Source of the DNA: Pseudomonadota bacterium | GTDB taxonomy: Bacteria; CALINM01 | Length of the DNA stretch: 64,000 bases | Direction: 5' to 3' | NCBI GenBank assembly: GCA_026418415.1 | Contig: JAOABK010000006.1 | Span: 7,688-71,687, forward strand | Shown here: piece after piece, positions 1 to 11,426 of the stretch | Layout of the letters: every line of letters starts with the position of its first letter | Numbering within the stretch: position 1 is the first letter of the stretch | Made by a program: the position numbers and the translations under genes | Notes under the pieces: model-generated | Told to the model about the DNA's origin: nothing | The model's input: only the letters and a program-made list of their open reading frames with translations | Databases searched by the model: none

Positions 1-194
1 TACAGACAAAAAAGATAAAGCCTTTTCCACTAATATTAGTAGGATCTGAATATTGGCAGGGCTTATATGATTGGATAAAAAATAACGCCCTTAAAAGAAA
101 ACTAATAGATAAACAGGATTTAGATTTAATTGAGATCCTCAATACACCTGAAGAGGTGGTAACAAAAATTCTTAGATTTCTTAAACTAAAATAG
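1..194 (+). CDS. 3' end of LOG-family (TIGR00730-like Rossmann-fold nucleotide phosphoribohydrolase) protein, partial
   Basis: Hand translation from base 3: QTKKIKPFPLILVGSEYWQGLYDWIKNNALKRKLIDKQDLDLIEILNTPEEVVTKILRFLKLK, stop TAG 192-194; resembles the LOG-family C-terminus. Not in the ORF track. Confidence 0.75.
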   Translation, partial: QTKKIKPFPLILVGSEYWQGLYDWIKNNALKRKLIDKQDLDLIEILNTPEEVVTKILRFLKLK

Positions 195-323
195 AAATAA
201 TTCTTATTGTCATTTCTACTGCTCAGTCAAAATTTATTACTATTACAAGATCTCACATAGTTTTTGGATTTTTTTAATTTTTCTGTTTTGCTGGAATTAT
301 AACACACAAAATTTTTCTTTTTC

Positions 324-352
324 TTGTAAAACAAAGTATTCAATGGTATCAT
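324..352 (+). promoter_or_regulatory. putative sigma70 promoter for the envelope gene cluster
   Basis: TTGTAA (324-329), 17 bp spacer, TGn-TATCAT (-10 at 347-352); ATG at 362 has no Shine-Dalgarno. Confidence 0.5.
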
Positions 353-361
353 TAAAAACTA

Positions 362-1279
362 ATGTCTAATTGGGTTATATATTTTTTTAAATATTATATA
401 GAAACAAAAATTAATAAAAAAAGAAAACCAATTCTTGCAGGTTATAAAATAACCTACAACTGTAATTTACAGTGTGTTCATTGTCCCTATTGGAGGAGGG
501 TATATCCAGATCCATCATATAAAGAAGCAATTGATATAATTAAAAAAATGCATGAGATGGGAGCCAGGATATTAATATTTGAAGGGGGAGAACCTCTTTT
601 ATGGAAAGATAAGGATGAAAACAAAAATATTCGTGATTTAATTTTGTTTGCAAAAAAGCTATTTTTTAGCGTTGGTATAACAACAAATGGTACTATTAAG
701 CTTGTTGATATCCCCTCAGATGTGATTTGGGTAAGCTTTGATGGATTGAAAGAAACATATAAGAAGATAAGAGGGGATTTTTTTGATAGAATTATTGAAA
801 ATATTAAAAATAGTAACCATAAAAATCTCCTTGTTAATATAACTATAAATAGAATTAATGAAAATGAATTAGAAGAAATGGTCAAATTTATATCTCCCTT
901 TGTAAAGGGTATTACTATTCAGTTTCATTATCCCTATGGAATTAAGGAAGATGATGAACTATTTATTCCATTGCATGAAAGGCCTGCAATTATAGATAAA
1001 TTGATAAATTTAAAAAAACAGGGATATCCAATATCAGATTCTTACTCAACCCTCAATGCTATGAAAGATAATAGTTGGATTTGTCATGACTGGATGCTTA
1101 TTAATGCTAATCCTGATGGAACCATAACACAAGGTTGTTATTTAAAGAGTAGGGGGGAAATTCTTTGCGACATGTGTGGTTTTGCTGCACATGTGGAAAT
1201 ATCTAAAGCATATGATCTTTCGTTGTCTTCTATTAACGTGGGAAGAAAAATTTTTAAATATAGGCAGATAGATGCATGA
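362..1279 (+). CDS. radical SAM protein with Cys-rich C-terminal (DUF3463/SPASM-like) region
   Basis: CNLQCVHC (CxxxCxxC), GGEP, TTNG motifs; extra Cys in WICH...QGCY...CDMCGF. Confidence 0.85.
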   Translation: MSNWVIYFFKYYIETKINKKRKPILAGYKITYNCNLQCVHCPYWRRVYPDPSYKEAIDIIKKMHEMGARILIFEGGEPLLWKDKDENKNIRDLILFAKKLFFSVGITTNGTIKLVDIPSDVIWVSFDGLKETYKKIRGDFFDRIIENIKNSNHKNLLVNITINRINENELEEMVKFISPFVKGITIQFHYPYGIKEDDELFIPLHERPAIIDKLINLKKQGYPISDSYSTLNAMKDNSWICHDWMLINANPDGTITQGCYLKSRGEILCDMCGFAAHVEISKAYDLSLSSINVGRKIFKYRQIDA

Positions 1280-3075
1280 ATAAAGAATTTATTAGAAATT
1301 TTTCAATTATAGCCCATATAGATCATGGGAAATCTACTTTAGCAGATAGACTGCTTGAATTTACTGGAGCGATTACTAAAAGGGAGATGCAGGAGCAGTT
1401 TCTTGATAAAATGGAATTAGAGAGAGAAAGAGGTATTACAATAAAAGCCCAGACTGTGAGGTTAAATTATAAGGCAAATGATGGTAATACCTACATACTG
1501 AATCTTATTGATACACCTGGACATGTTGATTTTAGTTATGAAGTTTCAAGAAGTTTAGCTGCTTGTGAGGGTGCAATTTTAGTTGTTGATGCTTCTCAAG
1601 GAGTAGAGGCACAGACACTTGCTAATGTTTATTTGGCTCTTGAGAATAACTTGGAAATACTTCCAGTGATAAATAAGATAGATCTTCCTTCTGCAGAACC
1701 CGAAAGAATTAAAAGAGAAATAGAAGAGATCATAGGTCTTCCAGCAGATGAAGCAGTTCTAATCAGTGCAAAAGAAGGGATTGGTATAGATAAACTATTA
1801 GAGGAAATAGTTAAAAAGATACCGCCTCCAAAAGGGTCAGAAGATAATCCTTTAAAAGCACTGGTTTTTGATAGTTGGTATGATTCTTATCAAGGTGTCG
1901 TTACTCTTGTTAGGGTCATCGATGGCGTAATAAAAAAGGGGATGAAAATATATTTAATCCACACCCAAACAGTTTATGAAGTGGAAAAGATTGGAGTTTT
2001 TACCCCACATCCTGTTGAAGTAGATAAATTGGGAGTAGGAGAGGTTGGTTTTTTAATCACTGGCATGAAAAATATAAGGGATTGTCGTATAGGTGATACA
2101 ATTACAGAGGTTGATAGAAGAACAAAGGATCCCTTTCCCGGGTTTAAGGTTATGAAACCAATGGTTTTTTGTGGTTTATATCCTACAGTTAGTGATGATT
2201 TTGAAGAGTTAAGAGATGCCTTGTTAAAGCTTAGTCTTAATGATTCTTCCTTTGTCTTTGAACCAGAGACATCTCTTGCTTTGGGGTTTGGTTTTAGATG
2301 TGGATTTTTAGGGCTACTTCATATGGAAATTATTCAGGAGAGATTAGAGAGAGAGTATGGACTAAGTTTAATAACTACCGCCCCAACTGTTAAGTATAGA
2401 GTTATTACAACTAAAAATGAAGTTATAGAGGTGGACAATCCAAATAAGTTTCCTGAAACTCAATATATTGAAAGGATTGAAGAACCTTACATTTTAGCTC
2501 ATATACACACACCAGAACAGTATCTTGGAAACATTTTAACACTTTGTCAGGAAAAAAGGGGAATTCAAAGGGATATAAAATTTATTACTAAAGATAGGGT
2601 AATTGTAGAATATGAGTTGCCTCTTAATGAGATAGTTCTCGATTTTTATGATAGATTAAAATCAGTGAGCAAAGGATATGCCTCATTAGATTATGAATTT
2701 CTTGATTTTAAAGCATCTGATTTAATAAAATTAAATATTCTTGTTAACGGTGAAGTGGTAGATGCCCTTTCTATTATTGTACATAGAGATAAGGCTTACC
2801 AAAGAGGTAGGCAGTTAGTTGAAAAGTTAAAAGAGCTTATACCTAAACAGCTTTTTGAAGTAGTTATTCAGGCTGCTATTGGAAATAAGATTATAGCAAG
2901 AGAAAGTATAAGACCTCTTAAAAAGAATGTTTTGGCTAAATGTTATGGTGGAGATATCACGCGTAAGAGAAAGTTATTAGAAAAGCAAAAAGAAGGTAAA
3001 AAAAGAATGAAACAGGTAGGGAATGTAGAAATCCCACAAGAGGCTTTTTTAGCGGTATTGAAGGTTGATAAATAG
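1276..3075 (+). CDS. lepA: elongation factor 4 (LepA)
   Basis: [53 protein letters not shown]. Confidence 0.99.
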   Translation: MNKEFIRNFSIIAHIDHGKSTLADRLLEFTGAITKREMQEQFLDKMELERERGITIKAQTVRLNYKANDGNTYILNLIDTPGHVDFSYEVSRSLAACEGAILVVDASQGVEAQTLANVYLALENNLEILPVINKIDLPSAEPERIKREIEEIIGLPADEAVLISAKEGIGIDKLLEEIVKKIPPPKGSEDNPLKALVFDSWYDSYQGVVTLVRVIDGVIKKGMKIYLIHTQTVYEVEKIGVFTPHPVEVDKLGVGEVGFLITGMKNIRDCRIGDTITEVDRRTKDPFPGFKVMKPMVFCGLYPTVSDDFEELRDALLKLSLNDSSFVFEPETSLALGFGFRCGFLGLLHMEIIQERLEREYGLSLITTAPTVKYRVITTKNEVIEVDNPNKFPETQYIERIEEPYILAHIHTPEQYLGNILTLCQEKRGIQRDIKFITKDRVIVEYELPLNEIVLDFYDRLKSVSKGYASLDYEFLDFKASDLIKLNILVNGEVVDALSIIVHRDKAYQRGRQLVEKLKELIPKQLFEVVIQAAIGNKIIARESIRPLKKNVLAKCYGGDITRKRKLLEKQKEGKKRMKQVGNVEIPQEAFLAVLKVDK

Positions 3076-3084
3076 GAGGTTGAA

Positions 3085-3747
3085 TTGAAAGAGCAAGAAG
3101 AAAAAACCAAATCCACACAAAAAAAAGGTAAATTAAGAGAAACTATTGAATCTATTTTAGTTGCCCTTTTTTTTGCATTATTAATAAGAACTTTTGTAGT
3201 CCAGGCTTTTAAAATACCATCTGGTTCAATGGAACCAACTTTATTAGTTGGAGATTATTTGTTAGTAAATAAATTTATTTATGGTTATAAATTCCCTTTT
3301 ATTAATAAAAGGGTTCTATCTTTCAAAAAACCAGACAGGGGAGATGTTGTTGTATTCAAGTATCCTGTTGATCCTGATAAAGATTTTATAAAGAGAGTTG
3401 TTGCAATAGAGGGGGATACAGTTGAAATAAGAAATAAAAAGCTCTATATAAATAATCAATTGTTTGAGATCCCTCAAGCTGTTTATAGAGATTCAGTTAT
3501 TATTCCAAAGGAGTTAGCGCCAAGAGATAATTATGGTCCTGTTAAAGTGCCTAAGGATAGTCTTTTTGTAATGGGTGACAATAGAGACTCAAGTTTAGAT
3601 AGTAGATTTTGGGGTTTTGTTCATTTAAATGATCTACGAGGGAAGGCACTAATAATCTATTGGTCCTTTGATTCTAATAATGAATACCCCATATTTAGAT
3701 TGGATAAGAAAATACGCTTTAATAGAATTGGAAAACTTATATATTAA
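3085..3747 (+). CDS. lepB: signal peptidase I
   Basis: IPSGSMEPTL (Ser), FIKRVV (Lys), GDNRDSSLDSRFWG; follows lepA; TTG start after GGAGG. Confidence 0.97.
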   Translation: MKEQEEKTKSTQKKGKLRETIESILVALFFALLIRTFVVQAFKIPSGSMEPTLLVGDYLLVNKFIYGYKFPFINKRVLSFKKPDRGDVVVFKYPVDPDKDFIKRVVAIEGDTVEIRNKKLYINNQLFEIPQAVYRDSVIIPKELAPRDNYGPVKVPKDSLFVMGDNRDSSLDSRFWGFVHLNDLRGKALIIYWSFDSNNEYPIFRLDKKIRFNRIGKLIY

Positions 3748-3756
3748 GGAGCAGGA

Positions 3757-5247
3757 ATGGAAGAAAATATCCTCATCGAATCTAAAAAAAATAAGTTAAA
3801 GAAGATGCTTGCATTAGGTTTAAATCCCTATCCCAATGATTTTAAACCCAATATTCATACAGCGAAGATAAAAGATATGTACGAGTCTAAGAGTAAAGAA
3901 GAAATGCATAACCCATCAGATTTTCCAGAATTTTCAATTGCTGGAAGGGTAATGGGTTTGAGGAGTTTTGGTAAATCAACTTTTGCACATATAAAAGATG
4001 CTTCGGGCAAAATTCAAATTTTCTTTCAAAAAGCTACTTTAGGTGAAGAGTATGATAAAGTTTTAGAGCTTTTAGATGTTGGTGATATTTTAGGCATTAA
4101 GGGCAGACCTTTTAAAACTAAAACTGGCGAACTAACTCTCAATGTTGAGTTTTGTAAGTTTCTTTGTAAATCAATAAGACCTTTGCCAGAAAAATGGCAT
4201 GGTCTTGTTGACATTGAGACAAGATATAGACAGAGGTACCTAGATTTTATTGTAAATGAAGAGGTTAAAAAAGTTTTTGAAAAAAGAATTAAAATGATAA
4301 AACTCATAAGAAAGTTTTTTGATGATAAAGGATTTTTTGAAGTAGAAACACCAATGATGCATCAAATAGTTGGTGGTGCTACTGCAAAGCCCTTTAAAAC
4401 CTATCACAATGCTCTTGATATGGAATTATATTTAAGAATAGCGCCAGAACTTTATCTAAAGAGGCTTATTGTTGGAGGTTTTGAAAGGGTATATGAGATA
4501 AATAGAAACTTCAGAAATGAAGGAATTTCAACTCAACATAATCCTGAATTTACAATGTTAGAGTTTTACATGGCCTATGCTACATATGAAGATTTAATGA
4601 TGCTAACTGAAGAACTTTTATCTTACCTCGCATTAGAATTAAATGGTCAACTTAAAGTAGAATATGGTGATAAAATTATTGATTTTACGCCTCCATTTAA
4701 AAGATACACAATGGAAGAAGCCTTAAAAGAACTGGGAGGTGTTGATATTAATGATTTAAAAGATTTAGAGGTTTGTAAAAAGATTGCAAAATCACTTAAT
4801 ATTGAACTAAAAGGATTCGAAGGAAGAGGAAAAATTATTACTGAAATCTTTGAAAAAACTGTTGAAGATAAACTAATACAGCCAACTTTTATAACCCATT
4901 TTCCTGTAGAGGTCTCACCTCTTGCAAGGAGAAATGCTGAAAATCCGGAGGTAACAGATAGGTTCGAGTTATATATAGCGGGAAGAGAAATAGCAAATGC
5001 CTTTTCAGAGCTAAATGATCCAGAGGATCAAAAAAACCGCTTTTTACATCAACTTGAGAATAAGATGAAAGGAGATGAGGAAGCAGGGGAGTATGACTAT
5101 GATTATATTAGGGCACTTGAATATGGTATGCCACCTACAGCTGGCGAAGGGATAGGAATTGATAGATTAGCAATGCTTTTAACAAATTCTCATTCAATAA
5201 GAGACGTGATTTTATTTCCTCTATTGAAACCGGAAAAACATCCATGA
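3757..5247 (+). CDS. lysS: lysine--tRNA ligase (class II)
   Basis: RYRQRYLD, YLRIAPELYLKRL, FRNEG..HNPEF, GMPPTAGEGIGIDRL. Confidence 0.99.
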   Translation: MEENILIESKKNKLKKMLALGLNPYPNDFKPNIHTAKIKDMYESKSKEEMHNPSDFPEFSIAGRVMGLRSFGKSTFAHIKDASGKIQIFFQKATLGEEYDKVLELLDVGDILGIKGRPFKTKTGELTLNVEFCKFLCKSIRPLPEKWHGLVDIETRYRQRYLDFIVNEEVKKVFEKRIKMIKLIRKFFDDKGFFEVETPMMHQIVGGATAKPFKTYHNALDMELYLRIAPELYLKRLIVGGFERVYEINRNFRNEGISTQHNPEFTMLEFYMAYATYEDLMMLTEELLSYLALELNGQLKVEYGDKIIDFTPPFKRYTMEEALKELGGVDINDLKDLEVCKKIAKSLNIELKGFEGRGKIITEIFEKTVEDKLIQPTFITHFPVEVSPLARRNAENPEVTDRFELYIAGREIANAFSELNDPEDQKNRFLHQLENKMKGDEEAGEYDYDYIRALEYGMPPTAGEGIGIDRLAMLLTNSHSIRDVILFPLLKPEKHP

Positions 5248-6497
5248 AAATGCCCTTTGAATTTTTTATTGCTCTACGATACTTAAGAGCCAAAAGGAAG
5301 CAAACTTTTATATCCTTTATCACTTTTATTTCAATTCTTGGCGTAATTCTTGGTGTTATGGCGTTGATAGTTGTACTTTCGGTTATGTCTGGTTTTCAGA
5401 CTGCCTTGCGAGAAAAGATACTTGGAACAAATGCCCACGTAATAGTTTTAAACTATGAAGGATACTTTAAAAATTATAATGAGTTAATTGATAGTATTAA
5501 GAAAAAAGAAGATGTTGTTGATGCAGCTCCTTTTATAATTACTCAAGTTCTATTATCAAGCAAAGAAAGGGCTTACGGTGTAGTTTTAAGAGGAATTGAT
5601 GTTGAAAAACAAGCTAAAGTAACAAATTTAGAAAAGCAGATTAAAAGCGGAAGATTAGCAGATTTAAATGATAATGGGAGGGAAAATAACTTACTTATAG
5701 GCAAAGAACTCGCGCGAAACCTTAACCTCTATTTAGGGGATAATATAACTGTTATATTACCAATGGGTCAGATGACTCCGATGGGGATGATACCGAAGAT
5801 GTTGACATTCAAGGTTGTAGGAATCTTTGAGACTGGTATGTTTGAATATGATTCGAATCTTGTTTATGCAAATCTTCACTCCGTTCAGAAATTGTTAGAA
5901 ATAGGAGATACTGTTACTGGTATAGAAGTGAAGGTAAAAGACATTTTAAAGGCAGATATTATAGGCTTAGAAATTCAAAAAATGCTTGGCTTTCCATTTA
6001 AAGTTAGAAACTGGAAAGAAATGAATAAAAATCTATTTTCTGCTTTAAAGTTAGAGAAAACAGCCCTGTTTATTATTCTTCTTTTGATTGTACTTGTTGC
6101 AGCTTTTAATATCATTACAACGCTTGTAATGCTTGTAATGGAAAAAAACAAAGATATAGCAATATTGAAATCCATGGGGGCAACTCATAAGAGTATTGGT
6201 AAAATATTTATTCTTCAGGGAGTTATTATAGGAATTGTGGGCACATTTATTGGTGGTTTTTTAGGAGTATTGATATCTTTAAATCTCCATGGTATTGTAA
6301 GTTTTATAGAAAGGACCTTTAAAGTAGAATTGCTTGCAAGGGATGTTTATTTCATAGATAAATTTCCATCACAAGTAGATAGCCTTGATGTGTTTTTGGT
6401 ATGCCTTTTTTCATTTCTAATATGTTTTTTAGCAACACTTTATCCAGCAAGACAGGCTTCTAAAATGGATCCAGCTGAGGTTTTAAGATATGAATGA
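5244..6497 (+). CDS. lolE: lipoprotein-releasing ABC transporter permease (LolC/E family, single copy)
   Basis: [42 protein letters not shown]-terminus. Confidence 0.93.
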   Translation: MKMPFEFFIALRYLRAKRKQTFISFITFISILGVILGVMALIVVLSVMSGFQTALREKILGTNAHVIVLNYEGYFKNYNELIDSIKKKEDVVDAAPFIITQVLLSSKERAYGVVLRGIDVEKQAKVTNLEKQIKSGRLADLNDNGRENNLLIGKELARNLNLYLGDNITVILPMGQMTPMGMIPKMLTFKVVGIFETGMFEYDSNLVYANLHSVQKLLEIGDTVTGIEVKVKDILKADIIGLEIQKMLGFPFKVRNWKEMNKNLFSALKLEKTALFIILLLIVLVAAFNIITTLVMLVMEKNKDIAILKSMGATHKSIGKIFILQGVIIGIVGTFIGGFLGVLISLNLHGIVSFIERTFKVELLARDVYFIDKFPSQVDSLDVFLVCLFSFLICFLATLYPARQASKMDPAEVLRYE

Positions 6498-7173
6498 TAC
6501 TGTGATTGAAGTTAAAAATCTAAGAAAAATTTTTCTTTCTCCCTCAGGTGAGGATTTAGAAATACTTAAAAATATTAACTTTTCACTAAAAGCTGGGCAC
6601 ACTTGTTCAATTGTGGGTGCTTCTGGTGCGGGAAAAACTACATTTCTTCATATATTGGGCCTTCTTGATAGTCCCACAGGAGGAGAAATTCTTTACTTTG
6701 GTAGTGATGTTAGTTTATTCTCCTCCGATGAAAAGGCTGATTTTAGAAATAAAAACATAGGGTTTGTATTTCAAATGCATTATTTACTTCCCGAGTTCAC
6801 TGCATTAGAAAATGCAATAATGCCCCTGTTAATCAGAGGAGTATCAATTAAAGAAGCCTATACTCAGGCTTTAGAGCTTTTTGAAACAGTAAGTTTAACA
6901 CATAGATTAAACCATAAGCCTGGACAGCTTTCCGGTGGAGAGCAACAAAGAGTTGCACTTATACGAGCTTTTATAACTAAACCCAAAGTGATACTTGCAG
7001 ATGAACCTACTGGTAATTTAGATAAAAAAAATGCTATGATTGTCACAGAACTTTTTTTAAAGTTGAATAAAATTTATAATACCTCCATAATACTTGTAAC
7101 TCATAATGATGAATTAGCAGGAATGATGCAAGAGAAGTATAAAATAGATGATGGAGTGCTAATGACTATATGA
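6490..7173 (+). CDS. lolD: lipoprotein-releasing ABC transporter ATPase
   Basis: [26 protein letters not shown] (LolD motif), [17 protein letters not shown]. Confidence 0.95.
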   Translation: MNDTVIEVKNLRKIFLSPSGEDLEILKNINFSLKAGHTCSIVGASGAGKTTFLHILGLLDSPTGGEILYFGSDVSLFSSDEKADFRNKNIGFVFQMHYLLPEFTALENAIMPLLIRGVSIKEAYTQALELFETVSLTHRLNHKPGQLSGGEQQRVALIRAFITKPKVILADEPTGNLDKKNAMIVTELFLKLNKIYNTSIILVTHNDELAGMMQEKYKIDDGVLMTI

Positions 7174-9443
7174 GAAAGAAAATCTTGTTAACTATTTGTT
7201 TAATGTTTATAACCTTTTTAAACACCTATGCACAAACTGAGGTTATAAAGAAAATTAGTATAGAAGGGGTTAGAATTATTGAAAAAAGTGCTGTTTTAAA
7301 CAAGCTTGATACTAAAATAAATGAAGTTCTTGATGAGGATAAAATAAGTGATGACTTAAAAAGAATCTACAAAATGGGATTTTTTTCAGATGTTTATGTA
7401 GAGAAGGTCTACGGTGATGAGGGATTACATTTAAAATTTATTGTAAAAGAAAAACCGTATATAAGAGAAATTAGATTCAAGGGAAATAAAGAGTTTTCAG
7501 AAGATGATTTAAAAACCCAGATATCTACTAAAAGATTTAGTTTTATGGATGAAAAAAAGTTAAAAGATGACGTTGAAAAAATCATCAAACAATATAAAGA
7601 AAAGGGGTACTATTTTGTTGAAGTAAAATATTCTATTGATACCTATAAGGATAGACCGGGAGATATTGTTGTCACATTTGACATAAATGAAGGCAAAAAA
7701 GTCCGAATAGATAAGATAGTTTTTAAAGGTCTCAATAAATTTCCCGCCAGTAAATTAAAGAAGGTAATGGAGACAAAGGAGTCATGGCTTTTCTCATGGA
7801 TAACTGGAAGTGGAACTTATAAAGAAGATGTAATGAAAGATGATTATGAAAGAATCAAAGAATTTTATAGTAACGAAGGATATTTAGAAGCAAAAGTTAT
7901 AAACCATAATGTTTATCTTAATAAGAAAAAAGATGGATTAATTGTGGAAATAGAGGTTTATGAGGGAGAAAAATATTTTGTTGTTGATGTAGGGATAAGT
8001 GGTGATGCAAAGGAATATGAAAAGGAATTATTGCCTCTATTAAAACTAAAGAAAAATGAAGTCTATAAAGTTTCCAATATTAGAGATGACATTTCATTTC
8101 TTGTAGAGTATATGGGTAATAAAGGATATGCCTATGCAAACACTGAACCGCTTTTTGATGTGGATGAAAAAAATCATACAGTCAGAATAGATTATCATGT
8201 TACTAAAGGTAAACTAGTTCAAATAAATAGGATTATAATTGAGGGTAACACAAAGACGAGAGACAATGTGATAAGAAGGGAATTAAACATTATAGAAGGA
8301 GATCTCTATAATGCAAGTAGTCTAAAGAAAAGTAGAATCAAGCTTAACAGATTGGGGTATTTTGAAGACCTGAACTTCGTTCCCCAAAGAATAGAATACG
8401 AAAAACCAGAAAGTGAAGATCAAGATTTAATGGATGTGTTAATAAGAGTAAAAGAGAGACCCACAGGTTTCCTTACCTTTGGTGTAGGATATAGCTCAGT
8501 TGATCAGTTTATGGGCTCTTTACAGGTCTCACAAAATAATTTATTTGGCAAGGGACAAAAGTTATCTGCAAAGCTCCAGATAGGTAGTAAAACTCAGGAA
8601 TATGATGTCAGTTTTTTAGAGCCCTGGCTATTTGGAAAACCAGTATCAGGTGGGATTGATATTTTTAAAGTCAAGAGAAAATATACCGATTATACAAAAG
8701 AGAGTACTGGCTTTGGATTAAGAAGTGGTTATAGAATTAGTGATGATTGGAGTGTTACTGGAGGATATAGATTTGAAATTGCAGATGTAACGGATGTAAA
8801 AGTAACTGCTTCTCAAATTATTAAAGATCAAATTGGAAAAAGAACTACAAGCTCTATTTATGGAAATCTTATTAGAGATACGAGAAACGATGCCTTTTAT
8901 CCTACAGATGGTTCAAGTTTTACCTTCTATCTTGAGTTTGCAGGTGGACCTTTGGGCGGTGATAATGATTATGTAAAAAGTGTGGTTGATTACGCCAAAT
9001 ATTTTTTATTGCCCTGGCAACATACAATTTCTATTCACGGTCAATATGGAATTGTTGAATCTTATGGTAGTAAAAAACTTCCTATATATGAAAGATTCTT
9101 TCTTGGGGGTATGTATACCCTTCGTGGTTTTGAAAGTAGAAGCATTGGACCAAAAGACCCAAAGACTGGCGATGTTTTAGGTGGAGATAGAGAATTATTT
9201 GGAAATATAGAATATATATTTCCTCTTATAAAGGAAGCAGGAGTTAGAGGTGTTTTATTCTTTGATTTTGGAAATGCCTACAATTCAAATATTTTACCGC
9301 CAGAGTTAAGATATAGTGTTGGCGCTGGAATAAGATGGTATTCACCTATGGGACCACTAAGATTAGAATGGGGTAAGAACCTTAATCCCAAACGTGATGA
9401 AAAGAGCAGTAAATGGGAATTTTCAATAGGTACAATATTCTGA
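7170..9443 (+). CDS. bamA: outer membrane protein assembly factor BamA
   Basis: Signal peptide, POTRA repeats (GNTKTRDNVIRRE), LRGF motif, RWYSPMGPLRLEWG, terminal Phe. Confidence 0.97.
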   Translation: MRKKILLTICLMFITFLNTYAQTEVIKKISIEGVRIIEKSAVLNKLDTKINEVLDEDKISDDLKRIYKMGFFSDVYVEKVYGDEGLHLKFIVKEKPYIREIRFKGNKEFSEDDLKTQISTKRFSFMDEKKLKDDVEKIIKQYKEKGYYFVEVKYSIDTYKDRPGDIVVTFDINEGKKVRIDKIVFKGLNKFPASKLKKVMETKESWLFSWITGSGTYKEDVMKDDYERIKEFYSNEGYLEAKVINHNVYLNKKKDGLIVEIEVYEGEKYFVVDVGISGDAKEYEKELLPLLKLKKNEVYKVSNIRDDISFLVEYMGNKGYAYANTEPLFDVDEKNHTVRIDYHVTKGKLVQINRIIIEGNTKTRDNVIRRELNIIEGDLYNASSLKKSRIKLNRLGYFEDLNFVPQRIEYEKPESEDQDLMDVLIRVKERPTGFLTFGVGYSSVDQFMGSLQVSQNNLFGKGQKLSAKLQIGSKTQEYDVSFLEPWLFGKPVSGGIDIFKVKRKYTDYTKESTGFGLRSGYRISDDWSVTGGYRFEIADVTDVKVTASQIIKDQIGKRTTSSIYGNLIRDTRNDAFYPTDGSSFTFYLEFAGGPLGGDNDYVKSVVDYAKYFLLPWQHTISIHGQYGIVESYGSKKLPIYERFFLGGMYTLRGFESRSIGPKDPKTGDVLGGDRELFGNIEYIFPLIKEAGVRGVLFFDFGNAYNSNILPPELRYSVGAGIRWYSPMGPLRLEWGKNLNPKRDEKSSKWEFSIGTIF

Positions 9444-9472
9444 TATAATAAAAAAAAATTGGAGGAGATAGA

Positions 9473-9991
9473 ATGAAAAAAATTTTACTTTTTTTAACCT
9501 TTGTTCTTTTATTAATTGGTAGTGCCTTTGCTCAATCTGTAAAAATTGGTATAGTCGATATGCAAAGGGCACTTAATGAATCTAAAGAGGGAATGGAAGC
9601 TAAAAAGGAAATTTCTAAGAAAGCAGAAAACATGCAAAATGAGCTTAAACAATTACAGCAAGAGCTTGATAAATTAAAATCAGAAATCGAAAAACAAAGC
9701 TCTTTTATGAGCGAGGAAGCAAAAGCGGAAAAAGAAAAGGTTTTTCAGAAAAAACTCAGGGATTTTCAAAACAAATATAAAGAAGCACAAGAGGAGTTAC
9801 AACAAAAAGATGCTGAATTAACTAAAAAAATTGTTCAACGTCTTGAGAAGATTTTACAGAAAATAGGAGAGGATGAAAAATATACAATTATATTGGAAAA
9901 AAATTCAGGTGGTATATTTTATTTTGATAAAACTATTGACCTAACAGAAATATTAATTAAAAAGGCAAATGAGGAAACCACAAAGAAATGA
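9473..9991 (+). CDS. skp: periplasmic chaperone Skp/OmpH
   Basis: Signal peptide, [11 protein letters not shown], long coiled coil, IDLT; between bamA and lpxD. Confidence 0.93.
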   Translation: MKKILLFLTFVLLLIGSAFAQSVKIGIVDMQRALNESKEGMEAKKEISKKAENMQNELKQLQQELDKLKSEIEKQSSFMSEEAKAEKEKVFQKKLRDFQNKYKEAQEELQQKDAELTKKIVQRLEKILQKIGEDEKYTIILEKNSGGIFYFDKTIDLTEILIKKANEETTKK

Positions 9992-11004
9992 AAAAATACA
10001 AGCTTTCATACATTGCTAATTTATTAAAGGGGAGCTTATTTGGTGAAGATATTGAAATAACAGGAGTGGCTTCTATACATAATGCAAGAAGGGGAGATAT
10101 TACATTCCTTTTTAATAAAAAATTCACTGAGTTGGCTGTAAAATCAGATGCTTCAGCTTTTGTTGTTTCTGAGGGTATCAAACTTGAAAATAAAAACACA
10201 ATAGTTGTCAAAAATCCATCCTATGCACAGGCTGTAATACTAAATTTGTTTTATCACCTAAGAGAATATACCCCACAAATATCTAATAAAGCTTTTGTAG
10301 CTGAGTCTGCAAAAATTGATGAGAAAGTTACAATAATGGATTTTGCTTATATTGATGAAAACGCAACTATAGAGAATGGAAGCGTTATTTATCCATTTGT
10401 TTATGTGGGTAGGAATGTTAGAATTGGCAAAAATGTAAGGATTTATCCACATGCTGTATTAATGGATGATACTATTCTTGGAGATAACGTAATAATTTCA
10501 CCTGGTGCAGTTATAGGATCTGATGGTTTTGGTTATGCCTTTGATGGAACTAAGTATATTAAAATTCCACAGGTAGGCAGGGTAGTTATAGAGGATGATG
10601 TTGAAGTAGGTGCCAATACTACGATTGATAGGGCAACTATAGATCAAACTCAAATTGGTAAGGGTACAAAGATTGATAATCTCGTCATGATCGCTCATAA
10701 TGTGAATATTGGAGAAAACTGTATTATAGTAGGTCAGGTTGGTATTGCTGGGAGTGCAAAGATTGGAAATAATGCTATTTTTGGTGGGCAGGTTGGTATA
10801 GCAGATCATGCTGAGATAGGGAATAATGTTATGATAGCTGCGCAATCTGGTGTTTCTGGTAAAGTAGAAGATGGTGCAAAATTAGCAGGAACCTATGCAA
10901 TTGATTTTAAAAAATGGTTGAAAATACAAGCGATATTAAATGATCTTCCTGAATTAAAGAAAAAGATAGAACAAATTTTAAAGGGGAGTCAAAATGGTGA
11001 TTGA
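9988..11004 (+). CDS. lpxD: UDP-3-O-acylglucosamine N-acyltransferase
   Basis: Hexapeptide repeats, [28 protein letters not shown]. Confidence 0.97.
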   Translation: MKKYKLSYIANLLKGSLFGEDIEITGVASIHNARRGDITFLFNKKFTELAVKSDASAFVVSEGIKLENKNTIVVKNPSYAQAVILNLFYHLREYTPQISNKAFVAESAKIDEKVTIMDFAYIDENATIENGSVIYPFVYVGRNVRIGKNVRIYPHAVLMDDTILGDNVIISPGAVIGSDGFGYAFDGTKYIKIPQVGRVVIEDDVEVGANTTIDRATIDQTQIGKGTKIDNLVMIAHNVNIGENCIIVGQVGIAGSAKIGNNAIFGGQVGIADHAEIGNNVMIAAQSGVSGKVEDGAKLAGTYAIDFKKWLKIQAILNDLPELKKKIEQILKGSQNGD

Positions 11005-11425
11005 TAGTGTAGAAATTCAGAAAATATTACCCCACCGTTTTCCTTTTTTATTAGTTGATAGAGTAATTTCTTTCGAGAAAAATAAAAGGGCGGTTGGAAT
11101 TAAAAATGTTACTATTAATGAGCCATTCTTTGTAGGGCATTTTCCTATGAATCCTGTTATGCCCGGTGTTTTAATGGTAGAGGCCCTTGCGCAGGTCGCT
11201 GGTGTTCTCGTTTTAAAATCTGCAGAAAAATATGGAGTAAATGATATTTTTTTTGCGAGTATTAAAGATGTTAGATTTAGAAAAGTAGTGGTACCTGGTG
11301 ATCAACTTGTAATGGAAGTAGAATTATTAAAACAAAAAAGGAATATTTACCTATTTAGAGGCAAGATAACAGTCGATAATGTGATTGCTGTAGAAGCAGA
11401 GTTTATGGCAACAACGCAAATGTGA
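10994..11425 (+). CDS. fabZ: 3-hydroxyacyl-ACP dehydratase
   Basis: [30 protein letters not shown]. Confidence 0.98.
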   Translation: MVIDSVEIQKILPHRFPFLLVDRVISFEKNKRAVGIKNVTINEPFFVGHFPMNPVMPGVLMVEALAQVAGVLVLKSAEKYGVNDIFFASIKDVRFRKVVVPGDQLVMEVELLKQKRNIYLFRGKITVDNVIAVEAEFMATTQM

Positions 11426-11426
11426 G

